A stretch of DNA of 64,000 nucleotides from contig NW_027142279.1 of the NCBI RefSeq assembly GCF_036365525.1, forward strand, positions 558,001-622,000, read 5' to 3'. Every line of letters starts with the position of its first letter. Position 1 is the first letter of the stretch. The DNA comes from Heterodontus francisci (Eukaryota). Under the pieces are notes generated by a model. It saw only the letters and a list, made by a program, of their open reading frames with translations, did not search any database and was not told the origin of the DNA. Position numbers and translations under genes: made by a program. Shown here one piece after another: positions 26,185-38,297 of the stretch.

Positions 26185-26780
26185 CCTACAGTCGACACCT
26201 CAAAGCACAAGAGAAGTAACACCAGAGGTGCCTCCGCATTAACCTCCAAATCCAGTGGCAAAACAGGTAGTCCAACAGCATCGTCCTCTCCCAAACCAAT
26301 CTGTCTAGTGTCAGGGTTCGAGTCACCCAAAACCAGCTCCACTGGCTGGGACATGTCATTCACATTCCTGCCACCAGACTCCCCAAAGAAGCAGTTCTAC
26401 TCAGAACTTAGCCGTGTCAGGAGACTCCCAGGAGGACAGCGGAAACGTTTTAGAGATGTCCTCACAGCATCCCTGGAGAGATGAAACATCCGCATTGACT
26501 CCTGGGAGAACATGGCTCCTGACCATCCCAGATGGAGAAAGGACATACGGGAAGGCATTGGACACCTCGAGGAACTTAAGGAACATGCAGAGGTCAGGCC
26601 GAGGCATCGGAGGGAGCACACAAACCTGCAAACTACTCACCTGCCTGATCCTCAAAGCACCACCTGCCCATCATGTGACAGAGTCTGCAGATCATACACT
26701 GGACTCATCAGCCATCTCAGAACCCATTGAACCGGAGTGGAAGCAAGTCATCCTCAATCCAGGGGGAACTGCCTAAGAAG
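26185..26780 (+). mobile_element. RTE-clade LINE 3' relic (duplicated copy)
   Basis: Paralog of 21590-22190; CPSCDRVCRSYTGLISHLRTH. Confidence 0.75.
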
Positions 26781-28847
26781 GTGAACTCTCTCCAGCTTCC
26801 GGGTTAATTTATTATTTTGCACCATTCTGCAAAAGCAAACCCGCTGTTAAAACCTCAACATACTGAGTTTCACCTCCTCAAAGAACAGACCTGATTAATA
26901 CAGCACCTCCACCAGCGGTGTGAGGATATCACAACATGTCATTGTGAAGCCTTCTGTTCTGAAAACTGTCCCTCACTTGATCACATGAAGTGAGCACCAG
27001 ATCTCCCGTTTTCCACCAGGAAACAGGGAACATGGGGGGCAAATGTTACTTTACACTTGGCACGATACATGTGGGAGTTGTGCTAAAGTCAGGATGGACA
27101 TTCAGGCTCTCTCCTAGTTTCCTACAAACACCTGGGACTATGTAATTGTAAAATAGAAACTGGAAATCTGCAAACTGGCATCTGGGTGCAACTATTTCAA
27201 GGTTGGACTGATATTAATGTCACTTAATGCCCCCAAAAGGATCAGATTTAAAGCTCATCTACCTGATATCAAATCATTGATTTGTTTGACATTGCCAGAA
27301 TATTTTGTGTGAAATAGTTGAGAAGTGAAACATTTCAGAAGCAGCCAAGTTGACCTGCAGAGCTGCTGTGGGTAAAGCTCACTCTGTCTGAGCATGTTCT
27401 GGGCAGCGGCGACACTAGAGTAACACTGGCACCTAGTGGCTTCACGTGCAACTGCAAGCACCGATTCTGCAGGCGTTTCAGTCTCAGACTCTAAAATTGT
27501 ATCAGTCATTGGCTTTATCCTCCTACTCGACTCCCGTTTGCGCTTGTGGCATAGAACCAGATGGAAGTTAATGCACTCTTCCGCGCCATTCGGCCAGACA
27601 GCTCTCTGCTTCACTCAAGCCGCAACCAGTCAAATACATTTTGAAGTGCAGTCACTGTTGTAATGTCGGGAAGGAGGCAGACAAGCTGCAAGATCAAGTG
27701 CAGGGATATTCAGAAAGAACAGGGAGTGGGAGTAATTGGACAGGGAAGATGAAAACGAGGGATCATAAATGTAAGGTTGTCCTTAATAAATCCAATTGGG
27801 AATTCAGAAGGAGGTTCTTTAACCCAGGGAGCGGTCAGAATGTGGAATTCGCGACCAACTGGAATGGGTTGAGGTCGAATAGAGACAATACTGTTAAGGG
27901 GGGAGCTCAATAAATACATGAGTGAGAAAGGAATAGGAGAATCTGTTGATAGGGTAGGATGAAGAGAGATGGGAGGAGGTCGCTCTTTCGAACAGGCAGG
28001 CCAGGATCGATGGGCTGAATGGCCTGGATTTGTCCTGCATTATTCTATGATCCAATAAGACCCATCAACCTGCTGCCTTGTTTCAGGGCCAAGACAGTTT
28101 CATTCCCCACCCACACCTCCCCCACCCCCTTCCCCCACTTGTACTAAACGGGAGCTAAAGGGTTAAGTTCTTCACCGCACTGAACTCCAGTCATTGTGAA
28201 AATTCTTCAAAAGACACCGAGAGACTGAGAGACAAGTGGGTTAACAGTTTTGAACAGATGCTGAAGCCGCCGTCTGGAGGCAGGTGTTCCAGTCAGAGAC
28301 GGATCTGGAGAGGTTTCTCGCCTTTGCACTGTATGAATCATCAGAGACATGATTAAAGGTTCCAAGATCAACCATTTCCTATTTGTATGGACTTGTGTCC
28401 ATTAGAGTAATGAGGGTAAGGGGAGATTTTAAAGATGTGGTCAGATGTGTCTTGATAGAGAAACTGTATCCAGAGGGTAGTATCTACTGTCAGGAGGGTC
28501 GATAAACCAGGGACCAAGAATTGAAGGTAATTGGGAAAGGAACCAGAGTGGGAGATGAGTGGAATCTTTCTCCTCAGTGAATTGTTATCATGTGGAGGAC
28601 ACTGACTGAAAGGGCGGTGGAAGACGATCCAATAGTAACTTCCAGATGTCAATTGGAGAAGCAGATGATGGGGAGATTTATTAGTGTAATGGAGAACTGG
28701 TCAGTGAATGGGAACTGGTCAGACAACTCTGTCAAAGAGCCAGTTCATTCGACAGTAGACATAGAAACTGACAGATCGTCAGAGTGTTAGAATGACACCC
28801 CAGATAGACAGGTCTATCTCCCACAAGTGAGCTCTGACAATGTCTAG

Positions 28848-28886
28848 AGTTTTTGCTGAACTCCGGCGCCTTTCTGAATCACTGTG
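28848..28886 (-). promoter_or_regulatory. 23-RSS of V6
   Basis: CACAGTG-23 bp-GCAAAAACT. Confidence 0.9.
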
Positions 28887-29505
28887 CTGACTCCAAGCAC
28901 AGTAATACACGGCTGATTGATTCACCCACAGGCTGGAGGACTCCAGGTAAAAATGGGTGTTTTCGGGTCTCCTGGCGGTGAAACCGTCCACCTCACCTGA
29001 GGGGTTGACCGTTCCGGCGTAGCTGGAATAGAAAAGGTCCTGAGGCTCACGGTCCAGATGCCATCGGTACCAGTAGAAATAGGAGCCTGCTGTTGCTTCT
29101 GTGTAAATACATTGGATCCTGACTGGAGAGCCTGGGGAATGGGATATGGAAGCGGGAGTCTGTTGGATCAACACAGCCCCCACATCTGTAAAACAGAGAG
29201 GGAGAGAGAGAGAGAGAGAAATAGAGAGATAAACCCAGGGACAATGTCCAAATCGTTACCAACAAGAAGAGGTAGAAGTGGGCAGACAGACAGAGATAGA
29301 GAGAGCGGTGGGGACCAGTTAGAGGCAGAGAGGCAGAGAGAGAGAGATGAGAGACAGAGAACGAAATATGGAGGGAGAAGGAGAGAGACAAAGACAGCCA
29401 GAGACTGAGAAGCAGAGACACATGTACATCATTGTAACCTCACAGTTCAGGCACCTCCTTACCCGTTAACACCAACAACACAACCCAGAGCTGAGACACA
29501 GCCAT
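28887..29505 (-). CDS. TRBV: TCR beta-type V segment V6 (family B), apparently functional
   Basis: Leader 29505-29463 MAVSQLWVVLLVLT, V exon 29185-28887 ending NQSAVYYCAWSQ. Confidence 0.92.
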
Positions 29506-30769
29506 CTCTGGAGGGTGAAGGATCCGTGTGGTTTTATATGAAATGACTGAGAACTTTTATTGTAGAGTATCTCAAAGTTCTGGGCACTGACTGGAATTTG
29601 CAGCTTCTCTCTCCATCATCTTCAACATTTTCCTAGGCGGAGCCAAGCTTTCTATCTTTGCTCATGGGCTCACCGAGGACTCGTCATTTCTGGGGAGGGA
29701 CCAATGTTTGAGCCCCAGCTCATCGGTTTCTGGGCCTGCAGTTCTGTTTCATGTCTTTGAAAGTTGCAGAAAGGAAGGGAGTAAATGTGATGTAAACTAT
29801 CTTCTGTGGTGGAGAGGTGATTAAATGAGCGGGTGTGTTGGGATCATCAATACCTTCAATACTCCCCTGATCATAACCACATTCATCCTGACACCATCCT
29901 CACACTCATCATTACCATCTGAGGCCACATTGTCACCCTCCTCCCGACCGCCAGCATCTGTGTCAGCCTCACCCTCAGCAGCCTCATAACCATGAAAAGA
30001 TGATCACTCCACCATCATTATCAAGCTTGTTCTCTTCCAATTGTATCTGAATGTATTCAGTGATGGGATGTGTGCATTGCTGGGAGGGTCATTTCAGAAA
30101 AGCTGAGATGTTACAAGAGTAAATGTTCACTTTCTTTCTTAAATATCCATCAGGACTCGGTAACAAAGGAAATGTTAAAGGTTAGACCAGGAGTGGGGTG
30201 ACAAGTTAACTATTCCATAGATGCACTTGACATGAAGTGAGGAGACCATGGATGGAATGGGAAACATTCCAATGTGTGTGGATTGAATGAGCAGTGGTGT
30301 GGTCCAGCATCGCACCCCTAACCTTCTGGATAGGGTTCTGGGGCTTTTTGGAACCTTGTGTGTTACAATGAACAGCTTCTCCCACACCTCCACATAGCTG
30401 AAATCCCTCACGCCCGGTCACCTCCTTGTAAATCTCCTTTGCACCCTCTGCATCCTCCCAACAATGTCATGTACAGAAGTGGACGTAGCACACCGGTTGA
30501 AGCCAAAACAGGCTTTTTATAAAGGGTTTAGCATCAATTTGTTGCGTTTGTGTTGCATTCAAAATTGTGTGCGTTAATTCTGCTTAATCAGGGAAAATAG
30601 TATGAAACATGCATTTCGGTACGACATTTTTGCTCGGTGGATTTGTTTTGACTTACCTGCAGTTTTTTGGCACTAAAGTGTCAGCCTTTTTCTTGGCTCC
30701 AGTCTGTGCAGTGGGTCCTTCTAACTCAGAGAGGACAGTTCTACCCACTCAGGCAGCGCACGTTGAGTC

Positions 30770-31325
30770 TTGAGTACCTCACCTCCTGACTCCCCAAAGC
30801 CTGTCCACCATCTATAAGGTACAAGTCAGGAGTGTGTTGGAATACTCTCCACTAGAGTGTGGCTCCAACAACACTGATGAAGCTCGATACCATCCAGGAC
30901 AAAACAGCCCGCTTGATTGGCACCCCATTCACAAACTTTCACCCCTCCACCACCGACGCACAGTGGCAGCAGTGTGCACTATATAGAAAATGCACTGCAG
31001 CAATGCACCAAGGCTCCTTCGACAACACCTTCCAAAACCACGACCTCCAACACCTAGAAGGACAAGGACAGCAGATGCACGGGAACATCACCAACTGCAG
31101 GTTCTCCTTCAAGCCACATGCCATCCTGACTTGGAACTATATCGCCGTTCCTTCACTGTCGCTGGGTCAAAATCCTGGAACTCCATTCCTAACAGGACCG
31201 TGGGTGGACCTACCCCACATGGACTGCAGTGGTTCAAGAAGGCAGCTCACCACCACCTTCTCAAGGGCAACTTGGGATGGATAGCAAATGTTGGACTGGT
31301 CAGCGATGCTCACATCTCAATAAAT
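30770..31325 (+). mobile_element. LINE 3' relic (CR1/L2-related family)
   Basis: STIYKVQVRSVLEYSP..KLDTIQDKTARLI..RRSFTVAGSKSWNS..FKKAAHHHLL across frameshifts. Confidence 0.75.
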
Positions 31326-31710
31326 AATTATTTTAAAACTATAAATGAACAGAAGCTGCTTCTTTCGGCAGAAGGCAACCAGGAGACATTGATTAAATGT
31401 AACTGGCAGATGAATAAGTGGGGGGAGGGGGGAGATGTGATGATTTGTTTAAGCAGCGAGTTGTTATGATGTGGCTAGCACTGTCTGAAAGGGTGTTGGA
31501 AGCACCTTGAACATGAACATTCAAAAGGCAATGGATTGCACACGTGAATGGAATCAATGTGCATGGCTATGGGGAAGTAGCAGGGGGGAAGAGCATAAAC
31601 TGGACAGTTCTTTCAAATAAGCCAGTACGGGGGAGATGGGCCGAATGGTCTCCTTCTGTTCTGTTATCCAAGATGATTCCATGAACTGGTTGCAGAAAAT
31701 GAGCAGTCAG

Positions 31711-32063
31711 TCTACTGCTGCCCCCTGCCGGTGGAAGATGAGCACTGAGATTCAATCTACTGCTGCCCCCTGCCGGTGGAAGATGAGCACTGAGATTCAA
31801 TCTACTGCTGCCCCCTGCCGGTGGAAGATGAGCACTGAGATTCAATCTACTGCTGCCCCCTGCCGGTGGAAGATGAGCACTGAGATTCAATCAACTGCTG
31901 CTCCCTGCCAGTGGAGGATGAGCACTGAGATTCAATCTACTGCTGCCTCCTGCCGGTGGAGGATGAGCACTGAGATTCAATCTACTGCTGCCCCCTGCTG
32001 GTGGAAAATGAGCATTGATATACAATCTGCTGCTGCCCCATGCCGGTGGAAGATGATCACTGA
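31711..32063 (-). repeat. 45-bp tandem array (8 copies), each with a CTCF-like motif, abutting the V7 RSS
   Basis: Unit TCTACTGCTGCCCCCTGCCGGTGGAAGATGAGCACTGAGATTCAA starting at 31711, 31756, 31801, 31846, 31891, 31936, 31981, 32026. Confidence 0.9.
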
Positions 32064-32083
32064 ACTCCTGTTCATCCGCTGCA

Positions 32084-32122
32084 GGTTTTTGCAGCTGAGT
32101 ATCCGCTTTCTCAAACACTGTG
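32084..32122 (-). promoter_or_regulatory. 23-RSS of V7
   Basis: CACAGTG-23 bp-GCAAAAACC. Confidence 0.9.
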
Positions 32123-32957
32123 CAATACTACAAGCGCAGAAATAGACAGCGGTGTGAGATGGAGCGGCGTCTCTCAGTGCCAAAGTAAACAGCGTATCGC
32201 TGGCTCTGACTGCCTTAAATGACTCGGACGTGTAATTGGTAACAGACCCTTCTGTAGCAGAATAGAACAGAGCTTCCAGTGCCCTGTCTGGTTGTTGTCT
32301 GTACCAGTACATACAGGAATTGGCAGTATTGGTCAGCGTGCATCTGAGTGTTGTCGACTCTCCTGCTGCAATCGATAGGATCGAGGGTGACTGTTCCACA
32401 TAGGAGGCGAGTATTCCTGTGGAATGGAACATCGATTAGATTATTATTTCAGTCAATAATGGATTGGAGCAGGGGCTGCATTGCAAGAAAGAAACGGCTT
32501 ACATTAATATAGCGCCGTTCAGGACCTCCGGACATCAGAAAGTGCTTTGCAACAAATGCAGTTACTCCATCAGTACTGCCTATTCGACAGTGCAGCAGTC
32601 CCTCAGTACTGCCTCTGCGACAGTGCAGCACTACCTCAGTACTGCCTGTGCGACAGTGCAGCACTACCTCAGTACTGCCTCTGCGACAGTGCAGCACTAC
32701 CTCAGTACTGCCTCTGTGACAGTGCAGCACTTCTCCAGTACTGCCTCTGCGACAGTGCAGCACTCCCTCAGTCATGACACCCGGGGTGTTCAGCCTTGAT
32801 TTTGAGCTGAAGTGTTCTGGAGTGAGACTCTAACACAGGCGTGTTCCAGACAGAATCACCGCTAACATTACAGTACATTATTCGACACAGTTTCTGACTT
32901 TGACTTACGTGGGAACAGGGCAGGCATCATTGTTAGACAGAGAACTTCATGCAACAT
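32123..32957 (-). CDS. TRBV: TCR beta-type V segment V7 (family C), apparently functional
   Basis: Leader 32957-32909 MLHEVLCLTMMPALFP, V exon 32416-32123 SYVEQSP..LRCTL..WYRQ..HTAVYFCACSI; 33-bp minisatellite in the intron. Confidence 0.9.
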
Positions 32958-34329
32958 GATTTCTTCATTCGATACTAACTCGATGTGTGAACGTGTGGAG
33001 TTTTCAACAGCACACTTGCAGGCGGTTTCTATATTGTGTTCAATTAAATACCCAGCATCCGGTTGTCATTGTTATTGGCAGTCACTTACTGCGACACTCT
33101 GCTCCACCCCATTACATTGTATAGCAATGTTGTTGAATGATACAACACAAGGGGATAGGGGGAGATTGAATAGAGGTGTTCACATTTCAGAAAGGGATTT
33201 GATAGAGTAGAATTCAGGGAAGCAACCCTCTATACCCAGAGAGTGTGCCCATCCTTTATTGCCTCTGAGAAGGTGGTGGTGAACCATCTTCGGAATTACC
33301 TGCTGGGCCATATCAGATGGCAGTTAATAGTCAACCACATTGCAGTGGGTCTGCAGTCACATATAGGCCAGACCGGGTAAGAATGGCAGATTTCCTTCCC
33401 TGAAGGTCATCAATGAATACGTTAGGTTTTTACGACACTCCATGTTCAGAATTGCTCTTACTTTCCATTACAGATTTTATTTATTTACTTAATTAAATTT
33501 AAATTCAATTTCTGCCCTGGTGAGAATTGAACTCATGTCTGGGGATCATTAGTTCAGGCCTCTGGATTACTAGTCCAGTAACATAACTGCTCTGCTACCG
33601 TACCTCCTTGCTGAATGGAGGTTAAAGGGTTAAATTGTTCACTGGTCTGAACTGCGTGTTTCTTTGAAGAACACATCAAATGTGACTCGAGTCTAAGATG
33701 AAAGTGGGTAAAGAGTTTTCAGCAGCTTCTGAACTCGCTGTCAGGAGGCAGGTGTCCCAGAGATGAAGGTATCTGGAGAGGGGTCTCACTTTGAACAGTG
33801 TGAAACAGCGCTCAGATGGTTAATGGTTCTGCGCTGAGTTAGTTCCTGTGCATTAGGGGGTTGTTCGCCTCTGTGTAGTGAAGGTTAGAGGGAGATTAAC
33901 CAGACTGGTATCAGGGATGAGGGACTTCAGTTACTGTGGAGAGACTGGAGAAGCTGGGGGTTTCTGCCCTTAGAGCAGAGAAGGTTAATTAGATGTGATA
34001 CAGATATTGAAGATCATAGAGGATTTTGATAGATAATTGATGATAAATCACATCTTCTACTGGTCAATATATAGAAAATCTATGAAAAGATGGTCATTCA
34101 TTACATTACTGCAGTATGTTTAATTAGTTCATACAAAGTGTAATTACATAAAGATAGAGTTAGATAGATAGAGAGACAGAGAGATAGATAACCAGGTAGA
34201 GAGATAGATAGATAGAGAGACAGAGAGATAAACAATCAGGTGGACAGATAGATATGAACAGAAAGCTTCAATCTACTGCTGCCCCCTGCCAGTTGAAGAT
34301 GAGCACTGAACTCCCGTTCATCCGCTGCA

Positions 34330-34368
34330 GGTTTTTGCAGCTGCTGATCCGCTTTCTCAAACACTGTG
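34330..34368 (-). promoter_or_regulatory. 23-RSS of V8
   Basis: CACAGTG-23 bp-GCAAAAACC. Confidence 0.9.
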
Positions 34369-35170
34369 CGATACTACAAGCGCAGAAATAGACAGCGGTG
34401 TGAGATGGAGCGGCGTCTTTCAGTGCCAAAGTAAACAGTGTATTGCTGGCTCTGTCTGCCTTAAATGACTCGGACGTGTAATTGGTGACAGACCCTGTTC
34501 CAACAGAATAGAACAGAGCTTCCAGTGCCCTGTCTGGTTGTTGTCTGTACCAGTACATTGCAGGATAGCCAGTATTCTTCAGCGTGCATCTGAGTGTTGT
34601 CGACTCTCCTGCGGAAATCGATAGGATAGAGGGCGACTGTTCCACACAGGAGGAGAGTATTCCTGTGGGACGGAACATCGATTAGATTATTATTTCAGTC
34701 AATAATGGATTGGAGCAGGGGCTGCATTACAAGAAAGAGAGGGCTTACATTAATATATCGCCGTTCAGGACCTCAGGGCATCAGAAACGGCTTTGCAACC
34801 AATGTAGTTACTCCCTCATTACTGCCTCTGTGAAAGTGCGGCACTCCCTCAGTACTGCCTCTGCAACAGTGCAGCACTCCCTCAGTACTGCCTCTGCGAC
34901 AGTGCAGCACTCCCTCAGTACTGCCTCTGCGACAGTGCAGCACACCCTCAGTACTGCCTCTGCGACAGTCCAGCACTCCCACAGCCCTGACACCTGGGGT
35001 GTTAATTTTGACTTTGAGCTCAAGTGTTCTGGAGTGAGACTCTGACACAGCAGTGTTACGGAACAGAATCACCGCTGACATTACAATACATTATTCGACA
35101 CAGTTTCTGACTTTGACTTACGTGGGAAGAATGCAGCCATCAAGATTAGACAGAGAACTTCATGCAACAT
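34369..35170 (-). CDS. TRBV: TCR beta-type V segment V8 (family C), apparently functional
   Basis: Leader 35170-35122 MLHEVLCLILMAAFFP, V exon 34662-34369 ending HTAVYFCACSI. Confidence 0.9.
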
Positions 35171-36718
35171 GATTTCTTCATTCGATACTAACTCGATGTG
35201 TGAACGTGTGGCGTTTTCAACAACACACTTGCAGGTTGTTTCTATACTGTGTTCAATTAAATACCCAGCATCCGGTTGTCATTGTGATTGGCTGTCACTT
35301 ACTGCACACTCTGCTCCACCCCATTACATTGGATAACAATGTTGTTGAATGATACAACACAGGAGGATAGGGGGAGATTGAATAGAGGTGTTCACATTTC
35401 AGAAAGGGATTTGATAGAGTAGAATTCAGGGAAACTACCCTCTGTACCCAGAGAGTGTGCCCATCCCTTATTGCCCCTGAGAAGGTGATGGTGAACCATC
35501 TTCGGGAATACCTGCTGGGCCATATCAGAGGGCAGTTAACAGTCAACCACATTGCTGTGGGTCTGCAGTCACATATAGGCCAGACCGGGTAAGAATGGCA
35601 GATTTCCTTCCCTGAAGGTAATCAATGAAGACGTTGGGTTTTTACGACACTCCATGTTCAGGATTTCTCATACTTTCCATTCTATATTTTTATTTATTTA
35701 ATTAATTGAATTTAAATTGCATTTCTGCCCCGGTGGGAATTGAACTCAAGTCTGGGGATCATTAGTCCAGGCCTCTGGATTACTAGCCCAGTAACATAAC
35801 TGCTCTGCTGCCGAACCTCCGTGGTGAATGAGAGTTAAAGGGTTAAATTGTTCACTGGTCTGAACTGCTAGTTTCTTTGAAGAACACATTAAATGTGACT
35901 CGAGTATAAGATGAAAGTGGGTAAAGAGTTTTCAGCAGCTTCTCAACTCGCTGTCAGGAGGCAGGTGTCCCAGAGATTAAGGTATCTGGAGAGGGGTCTC
36001 ACTTTGAACTGTGTGAAACAGCGTTCAGATGGTTAATGGTTCTGAGCTGAGTTAGTTCCTGTGCATTGGGGGGTTGTTCGCCTCTGTTTTGTGAAGGTTA
36101 GAGGGAGATTAACCAGACTGGTATCAGGGATGAGGGACTTCAGTTACTGTGGAGAGACTGGAGAAGCTGGGGGTTTCTGCCCTTAGAGCAGAGAAGGTTA
36201 ATTAGATGTGATACAGATATTGAAGATCATAGAGGATTTTGATAGATAATTGATGATAAACCACATCATCTACTGGTCAATATATAGAAAATCGATGAAA
36301 AGATAGTCATTCATTACATTACTACAGTCTGTTTAATTAGTTCATACAAACTGTAATTACCTAAATATAGATTTAGATAGATAGAGAGACAGAGAGATAG
36401 ATAACCAGGTAGAGAGATAGATAGATAGAGAGACAGAGAGATAGATAACCAGGTAAAGAGATAGATAGATAGAGAGACAGAGAGATAGATAACCAGGTAG
36501 AGAGATAGATAGATAGAGAGACAGAGAGATAGATAACCAGGTAAAGAGATAGATAGATAGAGAGACAGAGAGATAGATAACCAGGTAGAGAGATAGATAG
36601 ATAGAGAGACAGAGAGATAAACAATCAGGTGGACAGATAGATATGAACAGAAAGCTTCAATCTACTGCTGCCCCCTGCCAGTTGAAGTTGAGCACTGAAC
36701 TCCCGTTCATCCGCTGCA

Positions 36719-36757
36719 GGTTTTTGCAGCTGCTGATCCGCTTTCTCAAACACTGTG
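36719..36757 (-). promoter_or_regulatory. 23-RSS of V9
   Basis: CACAGTG-23 bp-GCAAAAACC. Confidence 0.9.
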
Positions 36758-37592
36758 CGATACTACAAGCGCAGAAATAGACAGCGGTGTGAGATGGAGC
36801 GGCGTCTCTCAGTGCCAAAGTAAACAGAGTATTGCTGGCTCTGTCTGCCTTAAATGACTCGGATGTGTAATTGGTGACAGACCCTGTTCCAGCAGAATAG
36901 AACAGAGCTTCCAGTGCCCTGTCTGGTTGTTGTCTGTACCAGTACATTGCAGGATAGCCAGTATTCTTCAGCGTGCATCTGAGTGTTGTCGACTCTCCTG
37001 CGGAAATCGATAGGATAGAGGGCGACTGTTCCACATAGGAGGCGAGTATTCCTGTGGAATGGAACATCGATTAGATTATTATTTCAGTCAATAATGGATT
37101 GGAGCAGGGTCTGCATTACAAGAAAGAGAGGGCTGACATTAATATATCGCCGTTCAGGACCTCAGGGCATCAGAAACGGCTTTGCAACCAATGTAGTTAC
37201 TCCCTCATTACTGCCTCTGCGAAAGTGCGGCACTCCCTCAGTACTGCCTCTGCAACAGTGCAGCACTCCCTCAGTACTGCCTCTGTGACAGTGCTGCACT
37301 CCCTCAGTACTGCCTCTGCGACAGTGCAGCACTCCCTCAGTACTGCCTCTGCGACAGTGCAGCACACACTCAGTACTGCCTCTGCAACAGTCCAGCACTC
37401 CCTCAGCCCTGACACCTGGGGTGTTAGTTTTGACTTTGAGCTCAAGTGTTCTGGAGTGAGACTCTGACACAGCAGTGTTACGGAACAGAATCACCGCTGA
37501 CATTACAATACATTATTCGACACAGTTTCTGACTTTGACTTACGTGGGAAGAATGCAGCCATCAAGATTAGACAGAGAACTTCATGCAACAT
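36758..37592 (-). CDS. TRBV: TCR beta-type V segment V9 (family C), apparently functional
   Basis: Leader 37592-37544 MLHEVLCLILMAAFFP, V exon 37051-36758 ending HTAVYFCACSI. Confidence 0.9.
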
Positions 37593-38011
37593 GATTTCTT
37601 CATTCGATACTAACTCGATGTGTGAACGTGTGGAGTTTTCAACAACACACTTGCAGGCAGTTTCTATATTGTATCCAATTAAATACCCAGCATCCGGTTG
37701 TCATTGTGATTGGCAGTCACTTACTGCGACACTCTGCTCCACCCCATTAATTTACATAGCAATGTTGTAGAATGATACAACACAAGGGGATAGGGGGAGA
37801 TTGAATAGAGGTGTTCACATTTCAGAAAGGGATTTGATAGAGTAGAATTCAGGGAAACAACCCTCTGTACCCGGAGAGTGTGCCCATCCCTTATTGCCCT
37901 TGAGTTGGTGGTGGTGAACCATCTTCGGGAATGCCTGCTGGGCAGTTAATAGTCAACAACATTGCTGTTGGTCTGGAGGCACATATAGGCCAGACCGTGT
38001 AAGAACGGCAT

Positions 38012-38297
38012 ATTTCACTATGTTCACTATGGAGAAGGATGATGTAGGTGTAGATATCAGGGAGGGGGGTTGTGATATACTTGAACATATTAGCTTTTAA
38101 AGGGAGGAGTATTAGCTGTTTTAGCAGTCTTAAAAGTGGATAAGACCGCAGCCCGGATGAGACATATCCCAGGCTGTTATGTGAGGCAAGGGAGGAGATT
38201 TCAGGGCCTCTGACACAAATTTTCAATTCCCCTCTGGCCACAGGAGTGGTCTCAGAGGACTGGAGGATAGCGAATGTTGTACCATTATTCAAGAAGG
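38012..38297 (+). mobile_element. Internal CR1 ORF2 fragment
   Basis: LKVDKTAARMRH, SLATGVVSEDWRIANVVPLFKK across frameshifts; replaces sequence present in the paralogous units. Confidence 0.8.

Larger units (their letters stand above)
19600..29760. repeat. Tandem segmental duplication, about 4.6-kb unit carrying family B V (2 full copies plus partial third)
   Basis: 19.6-24.2 kb and 24.2-28.8 kb are colinear, with near-identical ORF pairs offset by about 4590 bp (e.g. 22844/27436, 23049/27641). Confidence 0.92.
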
